Assembly (NCBI GenBank): GCA_951406725.2
Contig: OX597823.1
Span: 62,682,001 to 62,746,000 of the forward strand
Direction: 5' to 3'
Length of the DNA: 64,000 bases
From: Octopus vulgaris
Taxonomy: Eukaryota
Shown here: positions 37,430 to 51,049 of the stretch, piece after piece
How positions within the stretch are numbered: position 1 is the stretch's first letter
Layout: the number at the start of each line of letters is the position of its first letter
The notes under the pieces: model-generated
Seen by the model: only the letters and a program-made list of their open reading frames with translations
What the model was told of the DNA's origin: nothing
Databases searched by the model: none
Program-made: the position numbers and the translations under genes

Positions 37430-39480
37430 AATTTTTATTTACACCCTTTCCACATACTGAGCTTGGCCATTTCACTGATGGCATTAGAGTCCTATCTTCT
37501 TCTATTAAAACTTTTGTCCTAACGTTTATTCTGAGCCCTCTCGATTCAAGTTTTCTTTTCATATCTGGAATTTCTTCTCTAAACCTTCCATGGTCTCTGC
37601 TTTAAGAAGTAGGACATCAGTATATAGGAATTTCCATGAGCAACCAGTCTTGAAATTTGCTGTTGTGGAGTGGGTGGAGGCTAAGAACCAAGCCTTGATA
37701 AGCACCTACCTACCCTCTAAATTCCTCACTGATCTCATTGCAAACCTTCACTTTGCTGACTGCATCTCTGTACCATTGTTCCCAGCTATTCATTAGTTAC
37801 TAGTTTCCTTAGTAACCACCAGGCTATAGATTGTGATACTCTGTCAAAGGCTTTCAGTGGATCAACAAATGCTAGGGAGGCTTAACTCTCAGCTAAGAAC
37901 CTTTCTCATTGTTGTCACATTATGAACAAACCCAGACTGCTTTTTCTTCCTATTGAATTGTGATAAGATTTTATTTCATTTTCTTAACTTGGTATGTTAG
38001 TCCAATACAATTGCAACTGCTTCTTTCTAAAGGAGTTTATCATTTGCCCTTGTAACAGATGATGATTATAATGCTACATCAGTCATTAGGTGGACATCTC
38101 AATGTATTACTTGGTTGATTATGTAGGTGACTAGTCTGAGCCCTATTTTAACAGATGTTTTCAACATCTCAGTAACAATACCAGATACACCAGCTGCTTT
38201 TCCCACAACTTTGCATCCTTAACCCTTTTGAAACACAGTATTTTGGTATGTGTAGCCAAAAAGTCCAAAATTTTTTTCTGTTGAAACTGAAATTGATGTA
38301 TGCATGTAGAAAACAAAGGATAAAGGCCCTTGAAACTACATTATGTAAAACTATATATATTATGAAAGCTTATAATCAGTACAATACATCTATCACAATA
38401 AGAAAGCCTAAAACAACACAATACATGTAAATAAATAAAATAATAGGCATAAATGTTTCTGTGAAAGAAGCAAAAATGTATTGAAAGACGATTTCTGATT
38501 GGCTATTACACTTAAGATCCAACCATTCACAACGTTTGTTTCATTGGATCGATGGATCAGCCTCAAAATCTTTTCTGCTTGAATCACTTGGGCCAATTAA
38601 TCATCTGGTGTCCCAAGAGAGTTAATGGTCATTTTGATCATATATCTGTTTACCTCAGTGGCTGCTACATCTGTTGGATGTATTTCAATTAGATCTGCTT
38701 CCTCCCACTCACTTTCCATATTCAACAATCACATCTAATTACATTTTCAAATCCTTTTCTTCCCAATGTCAGTAAGGGTCAGTAGGGCCACTATCATTTC
38801 AAATACATTTTTCTCCAACAACACCTTGGTTCATCCTGAAACTCTGCTTTGCAATATGTAACACTTTTGCCTTTGACCATCCCAGTACTGAACACTAGCA
38901 AACCCCCTTCTTTTAGCTTCTCTCATCATCACAATATAACCTAGCCATCTAGCTTTTCCTCTAGCAACATAGTACTAATTCCTGCTACTTTATTTCTTCC
39001 ATTCTTTCAAAGCCTGTCTTTAAATTCCATGCCTCTATTCTTGGTAATATTCCATCACTACATTAATTTTCATCTAACTAAATCTAGTCTGTATCTTCCA
39101 ATAAGTTGTCTCATAAGAACTGCTTGTTGTCTTCTATAAACATATATAAGAACTGCTTGTTGTCTTCTGTAAACATATATTTAGTAGAAGGCTGTTTCAG
39201 TTTCTGTTTCCACACATTCCTTCACCAGAATGTATTTTTGTTTTTCAGTCCTTCTAACTTTTATTATAAAGTCACTGGTCAGTTGACTTGGTTGGTACAT
39301 TATTCACCATGGGAACACTTAGTAGTTAAAACTGTCTATCTATTGTGTTTCCTACTGTTCATCTGATTGGAATGTGATCTAATAGTTGGTTAGTGGGTTT
39401 ATTGGTTTTTCTGATGTACAATGTTGCAGCACACATTAACTTGCATCCACTCTAGCCTCTCTATGATCTTATCTGATCTA
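37430..39480 (-). mobile_element. Old RTE LINE remnant
   Basis: Minus strand reads AAGVSGIVTEMLK, AFVDPLKAFDRV, QGLVLSL and WKFLYTDV. Confidence 0.75.
38223..38621. mobile_element. piggyBac-like MITE inserted in the RTE
   Basis: TTAA on both sides (38219-38222, 38622-38625) and degenerate TIRs. Removing it rejoins the RTE sequence (IKMTIKDAK...AAGVSG). Confidence 0.65.
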
Positions 39481-40213
39481 CATTTCATTGTTACCAATAT
39501 TAATAGTTGCAGATTTGAGATTTTTTTATCTGATGAGAGGATCTCCAGTGGTGAGAGACTCGATGCTTGAAGTCCTAAAAGGGTATGTGAGATGGCTTAA
39601 TGACAGCTGGGGAGTTCTCACACATGGCCAGATGTGCACGACAGTAGCATGGTGAATTATAGTTCTTTATATGCAACTTCAATTTATCACTGAGTTTCGT
39701 AAGAGTTTGACCATGTTTTACTTACAAGCTGGATGCCCTTCCTCTCACTAAGCGCTTTCAGTGAGGATTAGGTGCATTTTATCATATCACAGGTTATCTG
39801 TCAGGATTAAAATGTTTAGTGATTTCATCACCAGTCTAGTGAAGGGGTCACTTGTATGGTGAGTTCACTATCTTCATAGCTAATGTGTAGCTATAGCCCA
39901 ATGGAGTGTTCACAGTCTGGTTGAAATGATGATATCAGCAATAGCAGTTTGTTGATACTGTGTCTGTGTGTTCATTCAATAGTAATTGGTATATGAAGAC
40001 AGACAAAACTCAACCTTGTTCAATAGTAAAGTTTATTCACAGCAGGGGGTTACGTACAATGCTAATGTCTTGCAGAAGATTTCCTGTAAAGAAGTTGTGT
40101 TCATGTAGAGATGTGTAGTGTTTTATAGAGATGTCTCTGGTGTGTTAACAGTAAATGAATGAATGCATGAAGACATTAGTTGTACTTTGTATATGTAGAA
40201 GAGACTTGATAGA

Positions 40214-40445
40214 AGGCAGTATGCTGGCAGAAACGTTAGCACATCGGGTGAAATGCTTAGCAGTATTTTGTCTGCCTTTACGTCCTGAGTTCAAATTCCG
40301 CTGAGGTCAACTTTGCCTTTCATCATTTCAGGGTCGATAAATTAAGTACCAGTTATGCACTGGAGTCAATGTAATCGATTTAATCCCTTTGTCTGTCCTT
40401 GTTTGTCCCCTCTATGTTTAGCACCTTGTGGGCAATAAAGAAATA
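40214..40445 (+). mobile_element. SINE family B
   Basis: ggcagtatgctggcagaaacgttagc head, B box gagttcaaattcc, Nin/Deu-like domain. Confidence 0.8.
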
Positions 40446-41044
40446 AGAAGTATTTCTGGATCGTATGAAGATAACGGCATTGAGTTTGGTCTATTCTGCC
40501 AACATCCAAGGAAGAAGAATGTTCTTGTGTGAGAGAGGCCAGCGTAAATCGTGAAAGAGCAAAGCAGCATGCCAGGAGTCCTTTGGAAGTGAAGCGAAGA
40601 AGTCAAAGAACTCAATAGAATCATGGAAGCAGACACATTATGTAAGAGACAATCAGACGTAGCAGAGAATGCCTTTCCAAGGGAGCTAATTAATTCAGCC
40701 AATCACAGACTGAGTAAAGCTGTAAACTAACTGTTGCCTGAGCTTACCTTGAAGTCCAAAAATGCATGTTTTAGATAAAGCTAATGCAGACATGCTACAA
40801 ATGTCTTGTTCACCCTGTGACAGTTTTATTCAGAGTGTCTGCTTACCTAGATAAGTTACTTTCACTACAGCTTGTGGCTTCAATTCTTCCCCACAAAAAT
40901 AATTTAATTGAAGTTACTGCTCTTCAAGTTAGGCTGCTTTCACTTCAACTTATGAAGACTTGTCTTCTTTGTGAGACTTTCAATCAGCCTACAAGGATAC
41001 ATATATATGTGTACATATATGTGTATGTACACACACACACACAC

Positions 41045-41282
41045 ACATTTAGAAGGTTGTTTGTTACAGCTTGTCAGAGAGCAACCATCGGTTTCACACC
41101 TATAAAGTACTTAGCTGTGTAGGTGACTCATCAGGCTCATTGACCAGAGGTACATAACTTCTCCCCAGTTGTAGAGAGGTTATGTACCTCTGGCCAACAA
41201 GTTGCCTATTCAGCCAAGTGATTTATAGGTGGGAAACCAGTGATCACTCTCTGACCGGCCATAACAAACAACCTTCCAATGT
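41045..41282. mobile_element. Fold-back (fully palindromic) MITE
   Basis: ~110-bp arms in inverted orientation around a ~10-nt loop. Confidence 0.8.
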
Positions 41283-41434
41283 TTAAGAGCGTGCTTTTTT
41301 GGATATATGAAATGCTGACTGAATATACATGCATACATACGTACAAACATATATATATATGTGTGTGTGTGTAGACATTTATGTATGTATATTTATATGC
41401 ACACACATGATAACTTACATATTTATTAATACAT

Positions 41435-42130
41435 TCCAGCAGATATGAATGTAACTATGTTAATCGCTATTGTCGTCTGCATCACAGAATATGGGTTCCA
41501 ACCACACTTGATTCATAAGTACAAAGGATTCTGGGACAGCCAGAGATTTGGCATCATTTCTTGTTAGCTAGAAGCACACCTGGACCAATAAATCTTACAA
41601 GAATCAATGGTCGTTTTTATAATTTTGGTGAACAAGCTCTTGACTGATTTGTGCTGATATCTACCCACAGATAATAAATTGTTAGAAATATAGCGAACAG
41701 TGAAATTCAAAATGGTGACTTGCATATTTATTCTTAATATCCCAGTAGATTTGAATGTGAATATACTGATTGCTGTCATGTTTGTCACAGGAGAGCAGCT
41801 TCTTTTTTTTATGACAAATGATTTGAGTACCTTCACTTTAAATACATGCATTTGAAGAATACTTTAAATAACAACTCAAAACTATGGTAAAGTAATAATG
41901 TTATCTATTTTATAATCATTATTTCAAATTTTGCCACAAGGGCAGCTTGGGGGAGATGGGAATGAGTCGAGTACATCAATTCCAGTGTTCAACTGGTACT
42001 TCTTTTATCGACCCTGAAAAGATGAAAGGCACAGTCAACCTCAGCAGAATTTGAACTTAGAATGCAGTGATGGGCAAAATACCGCTAAGCATTTCGTCCA
42101 GCATGCTAACAATTCTGCCAGCTTGCCGCC

Positions 42131-42175
<45 letters not shown>

Positions 42176-43130
42176 GTTAGTTGAGCAGTATATTCCTGGT
42201 CAGAACATTACTGACAGTTTTGCACTGACTATTGTCTTAGCAATATTGATGACCCTTCAGACATGCTGGCCAAAAGCTCATAGCCTCTTTTATGCTGGAG
42301 GTAAATATACAGTCCAGGGTGACTTGGTAATCAAAAAAGTGGTGGAAAGTTATAACATTTTCCAGTGGTAGGTGGGGAGAAGGGTTCATCATTATACAAA
42401 CTTAATGGATTTTTCTGATTTTCAGATAATTGGAATGGTTGTATGAAAAAGCTTCCTACTTCAATTTCAATTTCCACAACTGTTATATACTAAAATTCAC
42501 TTGTTCTCCCTCTCTCCACACACACACAAGCCAGGTAGGTAGGTAGGTATGTACGTACGTAGGCAAGCAGAGAGGGAGGCTGGTTGGTTGGTTTTTGTTG
42601 TAGGCAGGGCCATTCACTTCTCAGATTTCAAATTCAGTCACACAGGTCAATGAAAATTCCATGGAAACTTGTCATACACACACACATGTTTCACTATGGA
42701 TTTTTGAAAATATTTAAACGTAATTTCTATTCTTGGAGAGCATCAAAAAAGAAACACGTTGATATCTCATTTGTGAAATTTGAATGAATATCTTAGGAAA
42801 TATGACAACTTGAATAGTCATTGAATTGGTTGAAATCTTGCCTAATTGTCCTAAATGAATAATTAGCCATATTTGTGATGTCATATCTTTGAAACAGAAG
42901 TGATAAAGATCTTCAAATTACATAAATAAAATGTCCATGGTACAGCAGTTGCCTGCTTTATTTGTTTTCTTTTCTTCAGGTTCTTGAAAATGAAACCCTG
43001 TTTGGCAATTTTTAAGATATTTATGTAAAACCTATTTTGTTACAAGTAATAAATAATCAATTTTGCATTGTTTTCAGACCCAGCTAAATCCTAAAATACA
43101 AGCCAATGGGATTTTAGTTTTGGAGCATTT
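41435..43130 (+). pseudogene. Probable decayed multi-exon gene (exon-like blocks ~41435-41885, 42180-42367, 42604-42940, 42980-43024)
   Basis: Complex-composition blocks with in-frame stops, several bounded by pyrimidine-AG and GT. The junction TG|gtaggt...ttgttgtag|G gives the frame-compatible NIFQW-QGHSLL. Confidence 0.35.
41920..42175 (-). mobile_element. SINE family B with adjacent (TAA)n
   Basis: Reverse-complement match to 40214-40445. Confidence 0.8.
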
Positions 43131-43904
43131 ATAGTAGATATAGATCTAAATAAATCCTAAGATTATATTGTGATGATGAGAGAGGCCAAAAGAAGGAGGT
43201 TTATAGAACTAAATAAATCCTATGATTTTGGGATATGATACTATTTAAATAAAGTTTCAATGGATTATTAAAAATTATTATAAACAGCGCAGTTTCAAAT
43301 CAGGACACCAACATAAATTAGGTTTTCTCTATTTTGACGAGGATTTTTCCAAATTTCTTTCACCACAACCTTGGAAATGACAGAAGTTGTTTCAGAAAAA
43401 AATTTGGGAAAATTTGTGATCTTTTCTTCACCACCCACCTCCTTTTCTCCCACTCTGGCCATTTAATTGAAAAAAATTTTTTACTATACACTTAAAAATG
43501 ATGGGAGAAGCCTTTTTGGTAAAGAAAAATAAATAGAATAAATTTGTAAATATTTTCAAATGAAAAGGTATGTGATTTAAGGGAGATTTAGCTGTTGTTT
43601 CTAGTACATCCCACGACCACCTGGTATCTTTCTCAGAATTGCCTATAGACCTAGATTAAAAAACAAACAAAATGTAAAAACTAATTCCTTGCTTTAAGCA
43701 TTAAAAATATAAATTAAAGGCATTAAAAACATCTGTAACAGAGCAAATTCATTAGTAGGAGAGAGAGAAAAAAAACAAAAACAAATTTGTAAACACTATC
43801 ACAAATTATCCAACTGTATTTAAAATTGGAAAAAAAAAACCTCCATCACATCTGGCTTTAATAGTCTACGAAATAATATTCATTGCACAAATTAATTTTT
43901 AATG

Positions 43905-44712
43905 GTGAAATTTGACCAATATTTCTCAAAAGAAAATTAAATTTACATGTACAAAAATATCCACAAGGCAAAATTCAAACATTGCTCTCCACATGTTAAA
44001 ACAGTAAGAGGAATTAAACAACATTCTCAATACGATGTTTCCAAGCTAATTTTGGGCTCTAGAAAACTTATATAACTCAAATAGGTGCATTTTTCCATAG
44101 AAATATATGTTTATTTAGTAATCAGTTTAAACATTTCTTGAAAATCTGGCTCATACTCAATATCTGAATTCTTGGATTTGTGTTCTGTTTGACCTCTTGC
44201 TGCACAGGTATACATAGTGACGAGTAATGTCAGTACACCATCCTCTTTATTGACTTAGTGCTTTTTCACCATACTGTGGTCAGATTTGACAATGATAGTA
44301 TTGAATTTGCCAAAAAGTTTTCTTCAATCTGATATGAAAATTGTGAAGGTAAAAATTAATGATAAAATTTTCCCTTTTATATTTCTTAACAAATATTTGA
44401 CCTACCCACCATCAATTTTATATCAAAATAAAGCAAAAAATGTCCTCTTCCTGACTGAATGATTTTCAACACAATTTAAGGTATAGCACTCCAGTGCATG
44501 GAACAAGAACAAGGGCTATTGTTCAGCAGTCAAAAAAAAAAAAAAGGGACAAACTTTGTGAATGGATGGAAATACCAGGTGTATTGAAGGACCCTGGCAT
44601 ATGTAAGTGTCAGATTTTGATCAAATCTATATAAGAAGAAAGTTCAAATGCAGAAATTTCAAATGATATATAATTTTCCATGGAAAAATGTATTTTGGCA
44701 TGAAAATGATCA
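43905..44712. repeat. Second copy of the 19365-20145 segment
   Basis: Same orientation and colinear with the first copy. Confidence 0.85.
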
Positions 44713-45164
44713 ATCAAAATGTGTGTTTTTGTGTGGTAATGCTGTACTCTTCTCCCTTCTACAGTGCTCTAGAGTGATATCTGATATCACTATGGTGATA
44801 TATATAAAACTCAACTTGTGTATCTGTGTGTGTTTGTGTGTTTAACTTCCCGGCACATCGCCTCCTAGCCAACAAATCGTAGAACCACCAAAAATGGGTC
44901 ACTTAAAGTTTAGGCGAATGATAATTGAACTGCGCTATTTCTGTTCCGAAATTCATCTCGCAAGTGCAAAAATCGATAATGTGTTTGTTTAGGCCTTATC
45001 CAATGCATTGAATAGTGAACTTTACTCAGTCAAGATATAAAAACGAATCGCCGTAAGCATTGTTGAAATTCGGCAAAGAAATGAATTTTCGGGATGTAGC
45101 CTGGAGGGTTTTTTCGTATTAATCGTTTGGACTTTGTGAACACATACTAATTATCTCTCTCTCT

Positions 45165-45552
45165 TTTCTCTCTTTTACTTGTTTCAGTCATTTGACTGCA
45201 GCCATGCTGGAGCACCGCCTTTAGTCAAGCACATTGACCCCAGAACTTATTCTTTGTAAGCCTAGTACGTATTCTATCGGTCTCTTTTTGCCGAACCGCT
45301 AAGTTATGGGGATGTAAACACACCAGCATCGGTTATCAAGCGATGTTGGGAGGACAAACACAGACACAAACACACATATATATATATACGACAGGCTTCT
45401 TTCAGTTTCCATCTACCAAATCCACTCACAAGGCTTTGGTCGGCCCGAGGCTATAGTAGAAGACACTTGCCCAAGGTGCCACGCAGTGGGACTGAACCCG
45501 GAACCATGTGGTTGGTAAGCAAGCTACTTACCAGACAGCCACTCCTGCACCT
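45165..45552 (-). mobile_element. SINE family A, full length
   Basis: Reverse-complement match to 6496-6905. Confidence 0.9.
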
Positions 45553-45553
45553 A

Positions 45554-45920
45554 TCTATATATATAAAGCTGAAGTTGTCTGTGTATGGCAGGTTTGGTAG
45601 CCTTCAACTAACACTATCTCCTCCGAGACCCTGCGGCGCAAGTTGACCAAAATTGAGAGTATGATAGAAGAAGACTTGCTCTTCCTTCCGTAGAAGAAAA
45701 AATTCAAATCGGACCATGTTAACACCAAAAATTATTTACATCAAAAAGGTGCTTTTTTTTCTATGAAAATCCCTATTTTTTAACGATTTTTTGACTGTCG
45801 CCAATTTTCGTGTATTTCAACCAGAAAAATGTTCACTTAAAGAGAATAACAAGCTACATAATGCAAAATTTTTACTTTTCAAAATTCCAATTCTAAAGCA
45901 ATGCCGGGTGATACTGCTAG
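45554..45920 (+). mobile_element. Non-autonomous Helitron-like element
   Basis: 5' TC(TA)n start, 3' GC-rich subterminal segment plus CTAG, inserted between A and T. Confidence 0.6.
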
Positions 45921-46479
45921 TATATATATAAAGCAAAACAAGACATAAGAGTGTCTTTATAAGATATTTAATTACACCCTCTTATTCACATTTCATTAAC
46001 AATGAAAAAATATTTGTTACATTAGGAAAATATTATAACCTGATTGCATTGTCAATTCTTCAGAGATTGTGTAATTCTCATTAGTGATCTTTAGTAGTCA
46101 TACTGAACTGCTAACAGTATCATAGAATTGACTACTGCAACAGCTGTATAAAAGTAGGTTAAAGACTTAACTTTTATACTTAGTAGAAAGAGGAAAAAAG
46201 TATTTGTGTTGCCATTGTGTCTCTGAATAGAGTATATTTGTATTTAAAGTTATTAAGTTTTAGTGGTCAGCTTGATATCTCTGTGATTTATCTGTTAAAT
46301 GTACAAAATTTTAATGATAATGCTGAATATTACAATGAAGCACTGATAAAAAAAATTGAATTCAATGATAAAATTAAGTACATTCTTCCTGACTAGCAGG
46401 ACCTGCGAATATTTCACAGAATAAATAGTAAACCTATTGGGCTATTTCTGAAAACTTTATCCAAAAAACCTGAAAGTGT

Positions 46480-47770
46480 CGCCTGTGTTGTGTCTGTATC
46501 AAAAGACAGTAGCTCATCTGCTATGCTGTGGGGATGAGCTGGAAGAAGAGGGCCATGTCAATAGTCAAGGGACTGATCAGAAGGAAAGAGTGGAGGAGGG
46601 GGAAGGACAGGGTCAGCCATTTCTTGCAGCCAAGGCATTGTGAATTCACTTTTGGGTTGGTCAGATAGCAGCTGCTTTTACTGGGTGACATGGTAGGGCA
46701 GGATCGATGGAGTGACTACTACTAGACAGGCGAAGACAAAAGAAGAAGGTAGGTGAACCTCTTTTCATTTCCCAAGCATGACAAGCTATCTCAGTAATTG
46801 TATACAGATGTCATTGCCCCCTTCATATAAGATGGCAGAGAAGATAAGGATTGGCAGTGATGTCATCAGACCATTCTATGGTGAAGGTGATGTAGTAGCC
46901 TGGATTTGAAAGGTCAAAGTTGTGGTCAGGCTATAAGGCATTGAAGATATACAGAGCCTCATGGCTCTGTATTTGGAGGGGAGTGTTCTGACACTATCTT
47001 GAAATGGATGAAGATCAAGCAGCACTTGAGAGAGGCTTACACAGATGGAGGGTAGCTGCTTTTGCTAAGCTGAGAATGATCAAAAGGAGAGGGGGACAGG
47101 TCAACGAATATGCTGCAGAGGTACAGATGCTGGTTGTGGGGATTTGAGACAGTAACGCGACTGGCTTTTGTGAATGGCTTTCCCGATGATGTGGCAGTGC
47201 GACTACAACAGTTGCCAGGTGGCAACAAAATGGCAATGAGTGAACACATCACTGAAGCCCATGTGTTGACATAAAATACCAGGTGGAAGGCAGTTGTGAT
47301 GGCAGCTGCAGAAGCCCCCAATGCTGCATGATGGCTGGTATTTTAAGTGCCAAGGACCACACATGGCGAGGGACTGCATGGAGCCTGGACTGATTTGCTA
47401 CTGGTGCAAACAGACTGGGCATATTGCTTGAAATTGTAGCTAAGAAAAGGTCATGGGGAAGTTGTTGCCTCTCAGACTTACCCTGCAAATGAGTAGAGGC
47501 ATTGGTGAAGTCACTGCCTGTAGTTGAGGTCATGGTCAGGAAAATATGTTCAAGGCCTTCATGTACATGGGCTGCACGACGACTCTCATGACCCCGAGGG
47601 TGACAAAGAAATGGAAGGGGATGAGTAGCATTCTGGTAGTCGACAGCAGCAGAATCGAATGCAAGGGTAGCAGTGACGTGGATATAGTGGTGCAAGGCAC
47701 AACGCTAAGGCTGCGGGTGATTGTGATCAACCACGTGGTAGATGGGATTGATGTGGTAATGGGGAAAAAG
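46480..47770 (+). mobile_element. Gypsy-like LTR element remnant (leader, gag, CCHC knuckle, protease)
   Basis: MAEKIRIGSDVIRPFYGEGDVVAWI..., FKCQGPHMARDC knuckle, decayed protease motif KAFMYMGCTTTL. Confidence 0.7.
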
Positions 47771-49960
47771 CACCCCACAACATAGGTTAGTAGTTAACAA
47801 CTTCAGGATCAAAGCTAAGTGGCTGCCCAGAAGCTTAAGGATCTTCTGAATGGACAGAGATTTAGAGACATATTACTTGAAGATTTTGACAAAAAAGAGG
47901 AGGATATAGCATCACATAATGTGGAGGATAACTGTAGGTTCCTACAGGACAACCTGTTGAGGGCTACTGACCAGATCTATGGCTGGTGCAAAATCCCCTC
48001 TTGACCTAAGATAACATGCTGGTGAAACGATGTAGTTGACTGGGCCATTAGGGGAAAGAAACAAGCATGGAAGGACTGGAAATGTGGTGGTAGCAGGGAA
48101 CTGTATCAGATCATCAGAAGGGAAGCTAGGAGACAGGTTTACTTAGCCAGAGGGGAAGCAGATAAGAAAAATTTGCCATTGTACTTTGTCATGAGGACTA
48201 GAGACTTGAGGTGTTTCGTATTGCAAGAAAATGTGTGAGAGAAAATTATGGACGATGGCTCACTTGCATTTAATGATGTTGCAAACAGAGAGACTTGGAG
48301 ACACCACTATGAAAGGTTGCTAAATGAAGAGAATGAATAGGAGAAAAAGTGTCTGCCAAATGTCAACCAACAGAGGGACCAACTACTGGAATTGACTGTA
48401 CCTTGGTAGATAAAGCAATTAAGGGTATGAAGACAAGGAAAGCCTCTGACCCATCAGGAATCACTGCTGAAATGCTTAAAATATCTGGTGGTACAGGCTA
48501 TAGTCTAGTCAACTAGGTGACACATAAAAGAATCATACCCATGGCTGGTGTAGCAGCATCATAATCAACTGCCACAAAGGTAAAGGTGACATGTTAGATA
48601 GGATTACAGAGGTATCAAATTGTTGGAACAGGTGATGAAAGTCACACAGAGGGTCATAGTTCAACTAATTTAGGGAGAGAGTTAGTTTAGACAAGATGCA
48701 GTTTAGGCTTGTGCCAGGGAGAAGCACCACTGATGCTATATTTCTAGTAAGATAGCTGCAGGAGAAATTCCTAGTCAAAAATAAACCTCTGTACTTGGCT
48801 TTCATTGACATGGAGAAAGCCTTTGACAGGGTCCCCTAATCCCTATCTGGTGGTCAATGCAGAAACTAGGGATGGATGAGTGATTGGTGAGTAGTGGTGG
48901 CTTGTGTATAGGAATTGCAGAACCCACTATTTCCACTTGATATTTTTGATAGCATTCAATATAATGAGTCCTTTTTTCTTTAATTCTTTCTTTTTATACT
49001 TGTACATCATACAATCCTTAATGTCTGTAACCATCCCCTAGTTTATGAAAAAATACAAAAATCCTTGTATAGAACTGTTCACTTCACAGTTCCAGTGATG
49101 CGGTGCTTGGCTGTTGTGTGCATCCTCAGAGTGAAAGGTAGACTGTATGATGCATGTCTGGAAACAGCCCATGCTACACAGCAGTGAAACATGGGCTGTG
49201 ACTGCTGAGGACATGTGTAGGCTTGAAAGAAATGAAGCTAGTATGCTTCACTGGATGTGTAATGTCAGTGTGCATACTCAACAGAGTGTAAGTACCCTGA
49301 GAGAAAATTTGGACAGAAGAAGAATCAGATGTGGTGCACAAGAGAGACAACTGTGCTGGTATGGTCATGTGTTGCATATGGATGAGGACAGCTGTGTTAA
49401 GAAGTGTCACACACTAACAGTGGAGGGAACCTGTGTAAGTGGTAGACCCAGGAAGACATGGGATGAAGTGGTGAAGCTCAACCTTTGAACGTTGGGCCTC
49501 ACAGAGGTAATGACAAGTGACTGAAACCTTTGGAGATATGCTGTGCTTGAGAAGACCTGACAAATCAAGTGAGATCATAGCTGTGGTCAATGCCAGTGTT
49601 GCATAACTGGCTTGTTTAAAAGTACTTTTCAATCGTTGGGCAATATGCTGTGCTTGAGAAGACGTGTTTAGTCAAGTGAAACCGTAGTCATGGCTGATGC
49701 CAGTGCTGGCTGACTGGCACCCGTGCTGGTGACACGTAAAAAGCACCATTCAAGTGTGGTCGATGCCTATGCTGCCTGACTGGCATGTATAAAGCACCCA
49801 CTACACTCTTTGAGTGGTTGCTGTTAGGAAGGGCATCCAGCTGTAGAAACCTTTACAGATCAGATTGGAGCCTGGTGCAGCCTCCTGGCTTGCCAGTCCT
49901 CAGTCAAACCATCCAATCCATGCCAGCATGGAAAGTGGACATTAAACAATGATGGTGATG
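47770..49960 (+). mobile_element. RTE LINE (post-endonuclease region, RT, 3' tail), internally deleted
   Basis: LAFIDMEKAFDRVP, MLHSSETWAV...WYGHVLHMDEDSCVKKC...GRPRKTW; (GAT) tail. Confidence 0.9.
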
Positions 49961-51049
49961 AAATAGAAGCTAATTTTTGTGGTAGTTTATTAACCAAGTA
50001 TGCTTCTTTTTTTTCATACTTACATCAACTAGTATTTGCTATAGAAATTACTAAAGGAGGCAAAGACTTATATAGCAAAACTATATATTAGACCTGGACA
50101 CATCATGTCATGTTTCTACTCACTGATAACACAATATCCTATTCATATTTGAATCTCAAAATTTCTTGAAAATGTGCATGGGTGTTATGCCTATGTTTAT
50201 GTATTTTATTTTTAAGAAAAATCACAATCTTCTAATCATCTAGTTCCACATGGAGATTGCACAATGCCCCAAGTGGGTGCTACTGTCAAGGAGTAGGTGA
50301 TGTTATGAGACAGAGAGAAAAACAATATTATCATCATCATCATCATCATCATCGTCGTTTAACGTCCGTTCTCCATGCTAGCATGGGTTGGACGGTTCGA
50401 CCGGGGTTCTGGGAAGCCAGAAGGCTGCACCAGGCTCCAGTCTAATTTGGCAATGTTTCTACAGCTGGATGCCCTTCCTAACGCCAACCATATCTGATAT
50501 ATATATATATATATATAAGCTTTGCTAATTTTTATCATGTCCTGTTTTGGGAAATGGCTTAGAATGCTTGTGTATACTACCATTTCAGAACCAGTCCTGG
50601 TAAACATTTCTTTTAAAGATCTTGGCAATTTATAATCTATAGAGTCAAGCAGGAAAGTTGGCAATATGGTAGAATCATTAGACTGCCAAGAAAAATGGTT
50701 CATGTTATTTCTTCTGTGTCTTTACATCCTATGTTCACTTCCTGTCTTTCATCTTTTTGAGATTAATCAAGTACCAGTCAAATACAGGGTTCAATGGCAT
50801 TGACCAAGCATGGGCAACCTATTTTGGGGACACTGACATGAAATATGGTTCATCAGGCAGGCTGCACAAAAAAAAAAAAAAATATCCAAGGCAATTTTTT
50901 GTTAGGCATGTCATTCAGAAACTCTCGCAGGATGCAGTTTGCCTACGACTGGTACAGACTAAGCCCTCTTGCTCTCAAAATAGAGGTTAAATCAGAAATT
51001 ATTAATATCACACAAGCTCCTTCCTCAATGGTTCACTTACTACTTAGCT

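Noticed and set aside
39530-39580. Hammerhead-like CTGATGA-GAG...CTC
   Set aside because: Followed by GATG rather than GAAA, with no stem III or cleavage triplet.
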